NCBI GenBank assembly: GCA_001600695.1
Contig: BCKQ01000002.1
Coordinates: 2,416,051 to 2,480,050 of the forward strand
Direction: 5' to 3'
Length of the DNA stretch: 64,000 bases
Origin: Ascoidea asiatica JCM 7603
Taxonomy: Eukaryota; Fungi; Ascomycota
Of the stretch, positions 46,071 through 56,445 are shown piece by piece. Within the stretch, counting starts at the first letter, position 1, and each line of letters begins with the position of its first letter. A model generated the notes under the pieces. The model searched no databases and was not told the origin of the DNA. It worked only from the letters and a program-made list of their open reading frames with translations. The position numbers were made by a program, and so were the translations under genes.

Positions 46071-46317
46071 AATAAGAAGTAGATTTGAATTGGTTTTTAT
46101 AAATATGAAGGTATTTCTGGATAAGTTTGATTTTTGGAAACTGTTTCTTAATTATCAATATTAAATATTAAATAAATATAGAAATATAATTAACAAATAT
46201 ATTAATTATATTATTAAATCTAATAACTTAGATTAATTCCAAATAGTCATTCCTTTTCAAATTATTCAATTCTTAGTTTTTATTCTAAAAACAAAACACA
46301 AATTAGATTTCATCAAA

Positions 46318-47442
46318 ATGCAATTCAGATTTACTTCAGTTACTGCCCTTTTAACTCTTTTATCAGCAGTTTTAGCTTCTCCTCTTGAAGGTGGATTAAG
46401 AAGTGGTGCTTTAAGAAAACGTACCTCATGTACAGTTACCACTGATACTTTTGATGACTTATCAACTATTAAAAGTTCATGTACTGATATTATTATTGAT
46501 GCAGTAACTGTTCCAGCTGGAGAAACTTTAGATTTAACTGATCTTACAGAAGGTACCACAGTCACTTTCCAAGGTACAACTACTTTTGAATATAAAGAAT
46601 GGTCAGGTCCATTAATGTCATTTTCAGGTAGTGCAATCACAATTACTGGTGCTTCTGGACATTCAATTGATGGTAATGGAGCTAAATGGTGGGATGGTGA
46701 AGGATCCAATGGTGGTGTAACTAAACCAAAAATGTGTTATTTACATTCTCTTAAAGATGGTTCAAAGGTTTCTGGATTAAATATTAAAAATACTCCAGTT
46801 CAATGTTTCTCAATCAATTCTTCAGAAGATTTAACAGTTGATAGTGTTACAATTGATAATTCAGATGGTGAATCTGAAGGTCATAATACAGATGCTTTTG
46901 ATGTTGGATCCTCATCCAATATTCATATTACAAATTGTGTTGTAACCAATCAAGATGATTGTTTAGCAGTCAATTCAGGTACTGATATTTATTTCTCCGG
47001 TAATACATGTTCTGGTGGTCATGGTATCTCAATTGGATCAGTTGGTGGTAGAACTAACAATGTTGTTAAAGATGTTTATGTATCTGATTGTACAGTTAAA
47101 GATTCAGATAATGGTGTTAGAATTAAAACTGTTTATGATGCTACTGGAAGTGTTTCAGGTGTTTCATATAAAGATATTACTTTAAGTGGTATTGCCAAAT
47201 ATGGTATTGTTATCGAAGGTGATTATGAAAATGGATCTCCAACAGGTACTGCAACATCTGGTGTTCCAATCACTAATTTAACTATTGAAGATGTTACTGG
47301 ATCAGTTGATAGTACTGCCCAACCAGTTTATATTTTAGTTGAAGGAGCATCAGATTGGACTTGGTCTGGAGTTGATATCACCGGTGGTGAAACTAAGAAA
47401 ACATGTTCTGGTATTCCTTCTGATTCTAGTGCTTCTTGTTAA
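46318..47442 (+). CDS. PGU1: Secreted endo-polygalacturonase (GH28), copy 2
   Basis: Same catalytic motifs as 17503-18612, with long identical stretches; signal peptide and RKR site. Confidence 0.96.
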   Translation: MQFRFTSVTALLTLLSAVLASPLEGGLRSGALRKRTSCTVTTDTFDDLSTIKSSCTDIIIDAVTVPAGETLDLTDLTEGTTVTFQGTTTFEYKEWSGPLMSFSGSAITITGASGHSIDGNGAKWWDGEGSNGGVTKPKMCYLHSLKDGSKVSGLNIKNTPVQCFSINSSEDLTVDSVTIDNSDGESEGHNTDAFDVGSSSNIHITNCVVTNQDDCLAVNSGTDIYFSGNTCSGGHGISIGSVGGRTNNVVKDVYVSDCTVKDSDNGVRIKTVYDATGSVSGVSYKDITLSGIAKYGIVIEGDYENGSPTGTATSGVPITNLTIEDVTGSVDSTAQPVYILVEGASDWTWSGVDITGGETKKTCSGIPSDSSASC

Positions 47443-47852
47443 ACTGAAAAATGATGAAAACGAAATAAAAACATTTTGAATTGCTCAAATGTTTAATTTG
47501 TTTTATAGTTTTTACTCTTAAAGTACCTTTCTCAAAATTTTTCTTTTTGATTTTCAAATAATATACAGTATATACAAATAAACAATGAAATACAGAAATA
47601 TATATTTCACTCTCTTTCTATTTTAAAGAGACCTGAAAATTTTACTTTTTTCCAGAGAAGTTTATTTTTAGTTTTCTGAATACGCGTTCAAAAAGTTTCA
47701 TTGAAAATTATTCTCTAATGGATTCTAATTTGAATTCACCACTTCAAGGGTATCATATTTTCAATCAAAAAATATTCCCTTATATTATGAGACTGTAAAA
47801 TCGAACTCTTCTTTATGTTTAAACTGGAAGTTGTTTTCCAAACACAAAGTAA

Positions 47853-47924
47853 GCCGTTCTCGTATAGTGGTTAGTACACTTCGTTGTGGCCGAAGAAACC
47901 CAGGTTCGATTCCAGGGAACGGCA
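47853..47924 (+). tRNA. tRNA-His(GUG), copy 2
   Basis: Identical to copy 1 except one T-stem base (TTCCAGGG vs TTCCCGGG). Confidence 0.95.
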
Positions 47925-48102
47925 CTTATCTTTTTACTTCCTTGTTTTTTTTGCGCTATTTCTTTTGGTTAAAGTCTCATAGATTTTTTTAAAATGTACA
48001 GTTAAAACAAATATCAATAAATATACTACCTGATTTATAGGAATATCATTGCAAATTTTTATCCAGTTTTAAATAATTTTTTTCAAATTTATTTTTCTTG
48101 GG

Positions 48103-48377
48103 TAAAAATAAAGTTTTGAACCCTGCATTTCGGGTAAGCATGTATATGCATTTCTTTTCTTATGTATACACAATGTTATTTTTTAACGAACACTGTTGAC
48201 GTTCGCTATCCGATTTGTTTTTGTTAAACTGGCTTTTAAATCCTTTTAAAAAGCTGAATAATTCAAATAATTCAAGAACTTCTAAATTCTAACTTCTTAA
48301 TAAAAATTTTCAATCTTGCTAACTATTGTTCTACATTTATTAAAAAATATTTTCATTTATTTGAGATTTCTAATTTG
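48103..48377 (+). repeat. Diverged non-coding repeat, copy B (downstream of tRNA-His)
   Basis: Inverted homolog of 20190-20369 with roughly 90 extra bp between the two conserved blocks. Confidence 0.8.
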
Positions 48378-48482
48378 AGAACTCTGTTCATAAAGTATAA
48401 AAAAATAAAATCATAGCTCATTCAATTAAAAAAAAAAACACCGAAAAGATAGGTTGTAATCATATATTAAAAGTTTAAAAAT

Positions 48483-51014
48483 TCACACTCCACTCCAATT
48501 ATATTCTTCTAAAACAGAAATTGTGTTTTTTAATAAAATATTATTTGAACTGTTTCCAATCAAAATTTCATAATCTCCTTTTTCGACAGTCCATTTTTCT
48601 TTAAAATTATTCCAGTAAGATAATGCATACTTATAATCCAATTCCATTGAAATATTTTTTGATTTTCCTGCTTCAACAAAAACTTTTTTGAAATCTCTAA
48701 GTTCCTTCACTGGTTTCATAATATTAGATTTATTATTTCCAATATAGACTTGAACAACCTCACTTCCATCTACTTTTCCAATATTACAAACATCTAAAGA
48801 AAGTAAAATTTGATTACATTTAGCATTTACTTTAATTGATAAATCACATAAATCAAACTTTGTGTAAGATAACCCGTATCCAAATGGATATAAAACTTCT
48901 TTATTCATTTTCTCATAATACTTATAACCAACAAATACATCTTCACCATAAATGCAATCTCCATCTGTACATTTGAAATTCAAATATGCAGGATTATCTT
49001 CAATTTTCTTTGGAAATGTTAATGATAATTTTCCAGATGGATTATAATCTCCAAATAATACATCTGCAATTGAATTACCTAATTCAATACCATTAAACCA
49101 GGATTGAATCAATCCTTTAACATTATCAATCCAGGGCATTTCCATAGGAGTACCTGATTGATTAACAATGATAATATTTGGATTGGCATTAGCTATTGCT
49201 TCAATCAATTCATTAGTTCTTCCTGGATATTTCAAGTTTGGTCTATCAAAACTTTCAGATTCCCATTCTTGAGTTAATCCTACAATAACGATAACCTTAT
49301 CAACTGATTTACTAATCTCAATAACCTTTTTAATTTCTTCATCATGTTCATTTATTTTTCGTGAACAACCAATATTAAATCCCCCATTTCTTTCTGAGAC
49401 AATTCCATCTCGATTATAATTTGCAGTGGCTCCACTTCCATACAAAATCTTAACTTCATATTTTTTACCTTTTTTCAATTCAATTGATCCTATTTCTTCA
49501 ATTGTTCCGGATCCAAAAAAAGTTTCACCTCTGGTTTGATGAGTTTTATTATCAACAACTAAAGTATCATTAACATATAATAGTCCGGTACCATTTACTG
49601 CTAAACCGAAATCATAGAGTCCATCCTCTTCAGGAATAAAATAACCTGTTAAATCACCATAAAAAACTTCACTTTTTGGAATGTAAAAATCAGGTAAAAA
49701 ATTAAAAGATTCAAATAAATTATCTTCATGAAAAAATTCTCTTTCTTTTAATGAAATATCAGCGGATTTATAATACCACTTAACATTATAACCTTTTTCA
49801 CCAGTAACAGGATTGATAAGTTGTGCACCTAAAGCAGGTTGCATTTTATGAGAGTAACAACCAACAGAATATAAAGGCTGATGATATTGATCTAATTTTT
49901 TGGAAATACCTTCAAATGGAGTTGTTCTATAATATGGTCTTAAAGCTGCTGAGCCTCCACCACAATATGCACACATTTTTGCATTTGGTCCAATTACTGC
50001 AATTGATTCTTGATTTTTTTTAATTGGTAATACATTATCTTGATTTTTTAATAAAACAGTACCTTCATTTGCTAAATTTTTTAATATCTCAGAAGTTTTA
50101 GAAGTATTATTTTTAGTATCTTCCGGAGCATTTTCTTTGATTAAATTGGTATCACATTTTTTAACTAGTTTCACAACATTTTTAACTCTTGCATCTAAAG
50201 ATTTTTCTGCAACTTCTTTTGTTTGAACTGCATTTTCAACTAAACTTGGAATTCTAATCATTGCAGGACCTGGCATTTCAATGTCTAAACCATTATCTAA
50301 AGATTGTTTGATATCATAACAACCAGTCCAATCTGACATTATAGTACCATCATAATTCCAATCTTTTCTTAAAATATCATCTAATAAATGTTCACTTTGT
50401 GAACAATGAATTCCGTTTACTCTATTATATGAAGTCATAATTGCATTTGGATTTGAATATTTAATAGCTAATTGAAATGGTTTTAAGTAAACTTCTCGTA
50501 ATGCTCTTTCTGTTAATATTGAATTTACAGTTTTTCTTTGATCTTCAAAATCATTACAAACAAAATGTTTCAAACATGCGTTAACCTTTTTTGATTGAAT
50601 ACCATTGATAATTTCGGAAGCTGATAATCCAGACAAAGTTGGGTCTTCACTAAAAGATTCAAAACCTCTACCACCATTTGGACCTCTTTGAATATTCACT
50701 GTTGGCCCTAAAATTATATGAGCACCTTTGTGCTGAGCTTCAATTCCCATTAATTTACCAGCTTCTTTTAATAAATTTTTATTAAAAGTTGAAGCTAAAG
50801 AAGTACCACATGGAAAACATGCAGCTGGTACCCCATTATAAAATTTTGTACCTCTTACACCATTAGGACCATCTGACATTCTAACAGAAGGTAAATTCAA
50901 TCTTGGAACTGGATAAGTATGCCAAAAGTCAACCCCTGAAACCAATTTAGCTTTTTCAGCTAAAGTTAACTTGTTAACAATATCGTCTATTTCTTGATCC
51001 ATTAAAGTTGTCAT
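48483..51014 (-). CDS. Intracellular GH3 beta-glucosidase with PA14 insert and FnIII-like domain
   Basis: SDGPNGVRG, GGRGFESFSEDP, KHFVCND, catalytic IMSDW, GGGSA, ESESFDR and YPFGYGLSYT; no signal peptide; architecture like Kluyveromyces BglI. Confidence 0.95.
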   Translation of the reverse strand: MTTLMDQEIDDIVNKLTLAEKAKLVSGVDFWHTYPVPRLNLPSVRMSDGPNGVRGTKFYNGVPAACFPCGTSLASTFNKNLLKEAGKLMGIEAQHKGAHIILGPTVNIQRGPNGGRGFESFSEDPTLSGLSASEIINGIQSKKVNACLKHFVCNDFEDQRKTVNSILTERALREVYLKPFQLAIKYSNPNAIMTSYNRVNGIHCSQSEHLLDDILRKDWNYDGTIMSDWTGCYDIKQSLDNGLDIEMPGPAMIRIPSLVENAVQTKEVAEKSLDARVKNVVKLVKKCDTNLIKENAPEDTKNNTSKTSEILKNLANEGTVLLKNQDNVLPIKKNQESIAVIGPNAKMCAYCGGGSAALRPYYRTTPFEGISKKLDQYHQPLYSVGCYSHKMQPALGAQLINPVTGEKGYNVKWYYKSADISLKEREFFHEDNLFESFNFLPDFYIPKSEVFYGDLTGYFIPEEDGLYDFGLAVNGTGLLYVNDTLVVDNKTHQTRGETFFGSGTIEEIGSIELKKGKKYEVKILYGSGATANYNRDGIVSERNGGFNIGCSRKINEHDEEIKKVIEISKSVDKVIVIVGLTQEWESESFDRPNLKYPGRTNELIEAIANANPNIIIVNQSGTPMEMPWIDNVKGLIQSWFNGIELGNSIADVLFGDYNPSGKLSLTFPKKIEDNPAYLNFKCTDGDCIYGEDVFVGYKYYEKMNKEVLYPFGYGLSYTKFDLCDLSIKVNAKCNQILLSLDVCNIGKVDGSEVVQVYIGNNKSNIMKPVKELRDFKKVFVEAGKSKNISMELDYKYALSYWNNFKEKWTVEKGDYEILIGNSSNNILLKNTISVLEEYNWSGV

Positions 51015-51259
51015 TTTTTATTATGTTTTTGTATATTTTTTAAAATTTATGATAATTAAATTTGAAAATATATTTAAATGAAGTAAATTTTCACTTTTTT
51101 ATATTAGTTCATAAAAGTAAAAAAATAAAAATAAATAAAGATAAAATAAAATAGTTTGCGACATTGTGGGGTACATTTATATTGTAATTTTTTGACATCT
51201 AAGAAACAACCATAAGAAAATATGATTTAATTAACCACTATCATTCTTTTAATTAAGTT

Positions 51260-51295
51260 AATTATGTTAATTATGTTAATTATGTTAATTATGTT
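51260..51295. repeat. 9-bp tandem repeat (AATTATGTT) x4 in the beta-glucosidase promoter
   Basis: Four consecutive units are visible. Confidence 0.8.
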
Positions 51296-51809
51296 GTTAC
51301 ATTGACCGGTTAATGGAAAAATGGAAGTTAGCTGGGTGGTTTCGGAAAAAAAAAAGGCATAGACTGTTAGACAAAATTAATCCAATTGGTTTAAAAGAGG
51401 CTGGGATCTCCACTTTAATACATCATTAAATCTTATTTAAATAAAAACTATCATTATTATGTTTTTTATTATGACCTTATTGGAATTATTAAAGAATTAT
51501 TCATGTATCATTGTAATTGTAGTATTGATAAGTTTAAAAAACGAGTGACGCTTTCTCCTTATTTTTGTTATTATTTTTGAAGTGTCGGGGGATTTCTGAG
51601 AATTTTTATCAGAGTAAATGAATATTGAAAGGTATTTATGACTGGGCTTTAGTTACTTCTGTTGTTAATCAACTGGATATAATTAGTTATGCTGATTGAA
51701 TGGAATATGTTTTATATTAGAATCGAGATTAAAATTATGTATTTATGATCGAATATATATCAATAAAAAGTGAAAAAAAAAAAAAAAGCTTATAAATGAA
51801 ATGAGAAAT

Positions 51810-52673
51810 TTAATACGATTCTTTTAATCTTGAAGCAACAGTTCTAAGATTACCATAAACTTTACCAGGTTGTTTACCTAGGATTAATTGAACAATTGCA
51901 GTTCTAGCCATTTTAATATGAGTGAAACCACCAAGAATATGAATTTTAGTATCAGCAAGTACTATTCTTGTTCGAGTTGCATTTTCAATTGAGAATTTAG
52001 TTTTACCATCTTTACCAGCAATTCTACCAATTGCTCTAGATAAATGATCACCATGTAAAGTTTTAACATCTTTAATTTCAAAAGTTTCAAGATAAAGATC
52101 ATCTAATCTTAATAAAGCTATTGAATCATCTATATCAAAACCAAGAGTGAAAGCTTTTATGAATTCTACAGCTTTTTGTATTGCAGAAGAATCTTTTGTA
52201 CTTTTACAAGTTCTTAATTCAACAGTTTTTGATTTTAAATTCATTCGAATTTGTAAATTTAAATTTTTTACTATTGGAGTATATATTTTAATCCAACTAT
52301 TTTTTAAAGGAGTGAATCTATGTGGAGGTATACGGATACTTCTTTTTTCAATTTTAACTTTTGCATTTACTTCATCATCTTTTGCAAATCGAGGTTTTCC
52401 AGATTCATCCAATATTAAACCTTTTTTATTTTTCTTATTCTTAAATTTTTTAGTTTTAGTTTCTTTATTCTTAATTCCATTCTGATCTTCATCTTGATTT
52501 TCATCTAAATTTTGATTTTGTTCTTTAATTTCAGTTTCTGCAGTAAGTATATTTGTATTTATTAATACATCATCTTCTTGCATTTCAACATCTTCATGAG
52601 CTTGTTGTAAGAGTTCACTTGAACTAGGTAATGTGAAGGGAGTTTCCTGTTTTAAAGCCGTTGGTGCTGCCAT
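51810..52673 (-). CDS. PNO1: Pre-rRNA-processing KH-domain protein Pno1/Dim2
   Basis: [45 protein letters not shown] and [14 protein letters not shown]. Confidence 0.97.
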   Translation of the reverse strand: MAAPTALKQETPFTLPSSSELLQQAHEDVEMQEDDVLINTNILTAETEIKEQNQNLDENQDEDQNGIKNKETKTKKFKNKKNKKGLILDESGKPRFAKDDEVNAKVKIEKRSIRIPPHRFTPLKNSWIKIYTPIVKNLNLQIRMNLKSKTVELRTCKSTKDSSAIQKAVEFIKAFTLGFDIDDSIALLRLDDLYLETFEIKDVKTLHGDHLSRAIGRIAGKDGKTKFSIENATRTRIVLADTKIHILGGFTHIKMARTAIVQLILGKQPGKVYGNLRTVASRLKESY

Positions 52674-53976
52674 TATATTAATTTGAATTTTATATTGAGT
52701 CTTTCCTTCTTGACTATTCTTTATTTATTATTCTATATTCTTTATAAGTGTCTGTTTGAATATAAATTGTTTATTTTTGATTATTCTTTACTATTGCTTG
52801 TTTCTTTGTTACTGATGATTGATAAGAAAATAAAATATTTTTCACTTCAAAATAAAATAAATTTTTTTTTCAAATCAAAAAATAAAAGTTTCCTTAGTCA
52901 AGTATTATGTAATCCAAAATTGTTGACCCCTATAATTGGTCTCATTTTTATCTACCATAGGTATGGTGTTAATGCAATAATGCAGTTTTTTTATATTAGA
53001 TTACAGATATATGCATGATCCATAAAATTGGTAATTTCATGCTTACTACTGTTGAATATACATTTATTTACTTCAACTAGCATGATCCAAACCAATGGGT
53101 TCTTAATGCATCCAAATGCATCTTCAGCTCAACACACCTCTACCCACCTTAATTGTGTTTAGACCCACCCATCTGGTTCTTTTTGTCCCTTGTTCGTCAG
53201 TGAGGAAAATCTCAACGCTGCCGGCGCAAGAAAAGAAACTGGGCAAGAAACGGGAGAAGAAGTTCTCAACGCACGTTTGAAGCGTGAGTATTTACCAACA
53301 AAACACCAAACAATGGAAATCAAAATATTCAATTTCTCAACTGAAATAATAAAAAAAAAAAAAGGTTCCTTTAATTCAAGTTTTGTCTCTGGTTGTCTCC
53401 TTGCAAAAAGCTCGAATTAACAGAAGGGAATTCAATTAAAACAGTAACTACCATATTAAATCTCAAACACTCTTTTGTTTGGATCAATTCAAATTATACA
53501 CCTCCTTCGAAATCAAACATTGACCCAGATTTATTCTCTTTTATCTGTTTTTTTGTTTACTTTAGCCTTTATTTCGATACAAATATATTTATAAATTATT
53601 ACTTTCAGTTAAGTTCCTTCTTAAACAGTCATTTCATAAATTATAAAACAAATCACATTTCTTTCATTTCAATATCTAAACTACTACTACAACTACTACT
53701 AGTAATTATACACTATTAAATTTTCTTATTTTGGATTCTAATTTTCAAAAAAAGAATTAAGACTGCAAATCACATAAATAAATATTTCATATTTAGTATA
53801 TTCAATTATCTTTATAAAGTGATTTAAAGATTTAAAGATTTAAATGTATTTATATGGAGAGATTTCCTCAATCTTTCAATCCAAAAATTTCATTAAGAAA
53901 ATTATGAATTACTCAAAAATATAAATATAAATAAAATTATAAATATAAATATAAACTTAAATTCAAATAATCAATA

Positions 53977-56445
53977 ATGACATCTCCCTCAAAAATAAGA
54001 AATATATCTCCAAATTCTCAAAAGACTTCTTCAACAAATTCAAATTCAATTTCAAGTTATGATTTTATTAATAATATTACTTTAAATGATCAAACAAGTT
54101 TTAATATTTCTGATACTACAAATAATTCAAATGATTCAAATAATTCAAATTCTTCATCTTATGAATCAAATAGATTAATAAAAATCGGTGTAAAACCTTC
54201 AACTTCTTCAATACTCTCAATTTTATCAAAATCTGAATCTTTAATTTATTCAAATTATTTAAATAATAAAAATTTAAATTATGATTTAATTTTATTACCA
54301 ATTACAAATTTAATCTATAAAAATAATTTAAAACATATATATAAAAAATATTTCAAATTGAATCAATCTTATAAATCTAATAATATTGATATAAATTTTC
54401 AAAATTTATTAAAACCAGATTTAAATCATATAATTTTTACACCATATTCTTCAAATTTTAATCCTAAAAAAATAATCTCAATTATTTCTTCTTGGTTAGA
54501 ATTAGATTCAAATTCAAATAATATTCTTGATTTCTCTTTCAATATTTTAATTAATGAAATTAATTATTCTTTATTCTCTGGAATTAATCATATTTTATTA
54601 ACTCCTCCAAATAATATTTCAAATCTTTTAATTTACTCAAATATCATTAATAAAATTTTAAATTTATATCCAAATTTATTAATATCAATTTCTTTACCTT
54701 TAATTAATACAATTGAAATTCAAAAAAAAATTAATAGTATTGATCCAATGAATTCAAATATTGACTCAATTAATATTAATAATAATAATGATACTTATGA
54801 ATATATAGATTACTTATCAACTTGGGATATATGGAATTCAATAAGAAGAAAATGTAATTTTAATAAAAATTTAAAAATTGCCATATCTTTACCTAAATAT
54901 CTTTCTTCCTCATCTTCTACCGAATCTAATTCTAATTCAAGTTCAATATTAAATTCAATTATTAATAAATGGTCTAGTGAACCAATATCTTTAATTCTAA
55001 TAAATTCAAATATTTTCCTAACAAATTCAAAAAACTTTCCTGTATTAAGTAAATCAATTCAATTCTTCTTAAATTCTTTAATTTTCAAAAATCCAATTTT
55101 AATCTTACATAATATTGAAACTTTACCTAAATGTGGCATACCAAACTCATATTTAAATTATTTGAATTATTTAACTAATAAAAAACTTACTTCTTTAAAT
55201 TTAATTAATCATAATCATTATCATAATAACATTACCAATAACAATGACATAAATTTAACCATAGATACTTTATTGAATCCTTTGCAACCTTTGAAAGATG
55301 ATTTATCAAATGAAGTTTATTCAACTTTTGAAAATGATTTAAAAAAGTATTCTTTATATGAATCTGCAATTTATAGTTATTTAAATGATTTAAAAAAAAT
55401 TAATAAATTACCAAATTTTTTGAATATTGCTATAGTTGGTGCAGGTCGAGGTCCATTAATCGATAAATGTTTAAAATCTTTAGCTTTACTAAAAATTAAT
55501 AATTTTAAGATATATATAATTGAAAAAAACTCAAATGTTTTCATTTATTTGAAAAGAAAAATAATTGAAAATGATTGGGATTTAAAAGATTTTGAATTTA
55601 TAAATAATGATTCTAGGTTTATAAAATTTAATAAAGATTTAAAACTTAATTTAATAATTAGTGAATTATTAGGTGGGTTTGGATGTAATGAATTAAGTCC
55701 AGAATGTTTATTAAACTTACAAAATTATCTAGATAAAGAAAATCAAGGTATATTTATACCTGAATCATATTCATCATATTTAATACCCATTTCTTCATCA
55801 ATTTTATATTCTAAATTAAAAGAATTTCAATTGTCTTTCCCTCAACAACAATGTGGGAAAAATGTTTTTGAAAAAATGTATGTTTGTAATATGAAATCTG
55901 TTGAATATTTATCAAAAGATTCTTTAAAAGTCTTTGAATTTAATCATCCATTAACTGATTCAAATTTGAAAAGGAATGAGATTATTACTTTTGAAATTCC
56001 AAGACGAAGTATTATAAATGGATTTGCTGGGTTTTTCAAAGCAAAATTATATAAAGATATTATTATATCAACAAATTTGAATGAAGAAACAAAAAATTTA
56101 AACTCATGGTTTCCTGTTTTTTTTCCAATAGAAACACCAATTTATATACCTGATAATTCCGAAATTGAAGTTTGTATACGAAGAGAAAAAGAAAACCAAA
56201 TTGGAATTAAAAGAGTTTGGTATGAATGGTCCTTTGAGATTTATACATATGTGATAATTCCAGTAAATTCTCCAAAGTCACCAATATCTCCTTCAATAAT
56301 ATCAGGAATGTCAACAGAAATTTCCACTTCAACTTCTTTTTCAAAATCTAATGTTTCCAGTGAAGATTCGTATCCCATGAAGATTCGAATGGGAGGATCA
56401 AAAATTCACAATGTTAATGGAAACTCGTTCTCGATTGAGTTATGA
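53977..56445 (+). CDS. HSL7: Type II protein arginine methyltransferase (PRMT5/Skb1/Hsl7)
   Basis: PLQPLKDDL, YSTFEND, VGAGRGPL, IEKN, ISELLGGFGCNELSPECL and SWFPVFFP. Confidence 0.94.
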   Translation: MTSPSKIRNISPNSQKTSSTNSNSISSYDFINNITLNDQTSFNISDTTNNSNDSNNSNSSSYESNRLIKIGVKPSTSSILSILSKSESLIYSNYLNNKNLNYDLILLPITNLIYKNNLKHIYKKYFKLNQSYKSNNIDINFQNLLKPDLNHIIFTPYSSNFNPKKIISIISSWLELDSNSNNILDFSFNILINEINYSLFSGINHILLTPPNNISNLLIYSNIINKILNLYPNLLISISLPLINTIEIQKKINSIDPMNSNIDSININNNNDTYEYIDYLSTWDIWNSIRRKCNFNKNLKIAISLPKYLSSSSSTESNSNSSSILNSIINKWSSEPISLILINSNIFLTNSKNFPVLSKSIQFFLNSLIFKNPILILHNIETLPKCGIPNSYLNYLNYLTNKKLTSLNLINHNHYHNNITNNNDINLTIDTLLNPLQPLKDDLSNEVYSTFENDLKKYSLYESAIYSYLNDLKKINKLPNFLNIAIVGAGRGPLIDKCLKSLALLKINNFKIYIIEKNSNVFIYLKRKIIENDWDLKDFEFINNDSRFIKFNKDLKLNLIISELLGGFGCNELSPECLLNLQNYLDKENQGIFIPESYSSYLIPISSSILYSKLKEFQLSFPQQQCGKNVFEKMYVCNMKSVEYLSKDSLKVFEFNHPLTDSNLKRNEIITFEIPRRSIINGFAGFFKAKLYKDIIISTNLNEETKNLNSWFPVFFPIETPIYIPDNSEIEVCIRREKENQIGIKRVWYEWSFEIYTYVIIPVNSPKSPISPSIISGMSTEISTSTSFSKSNVSSEDSYPMKIRMGGSKIHNVNGNSFSIEL

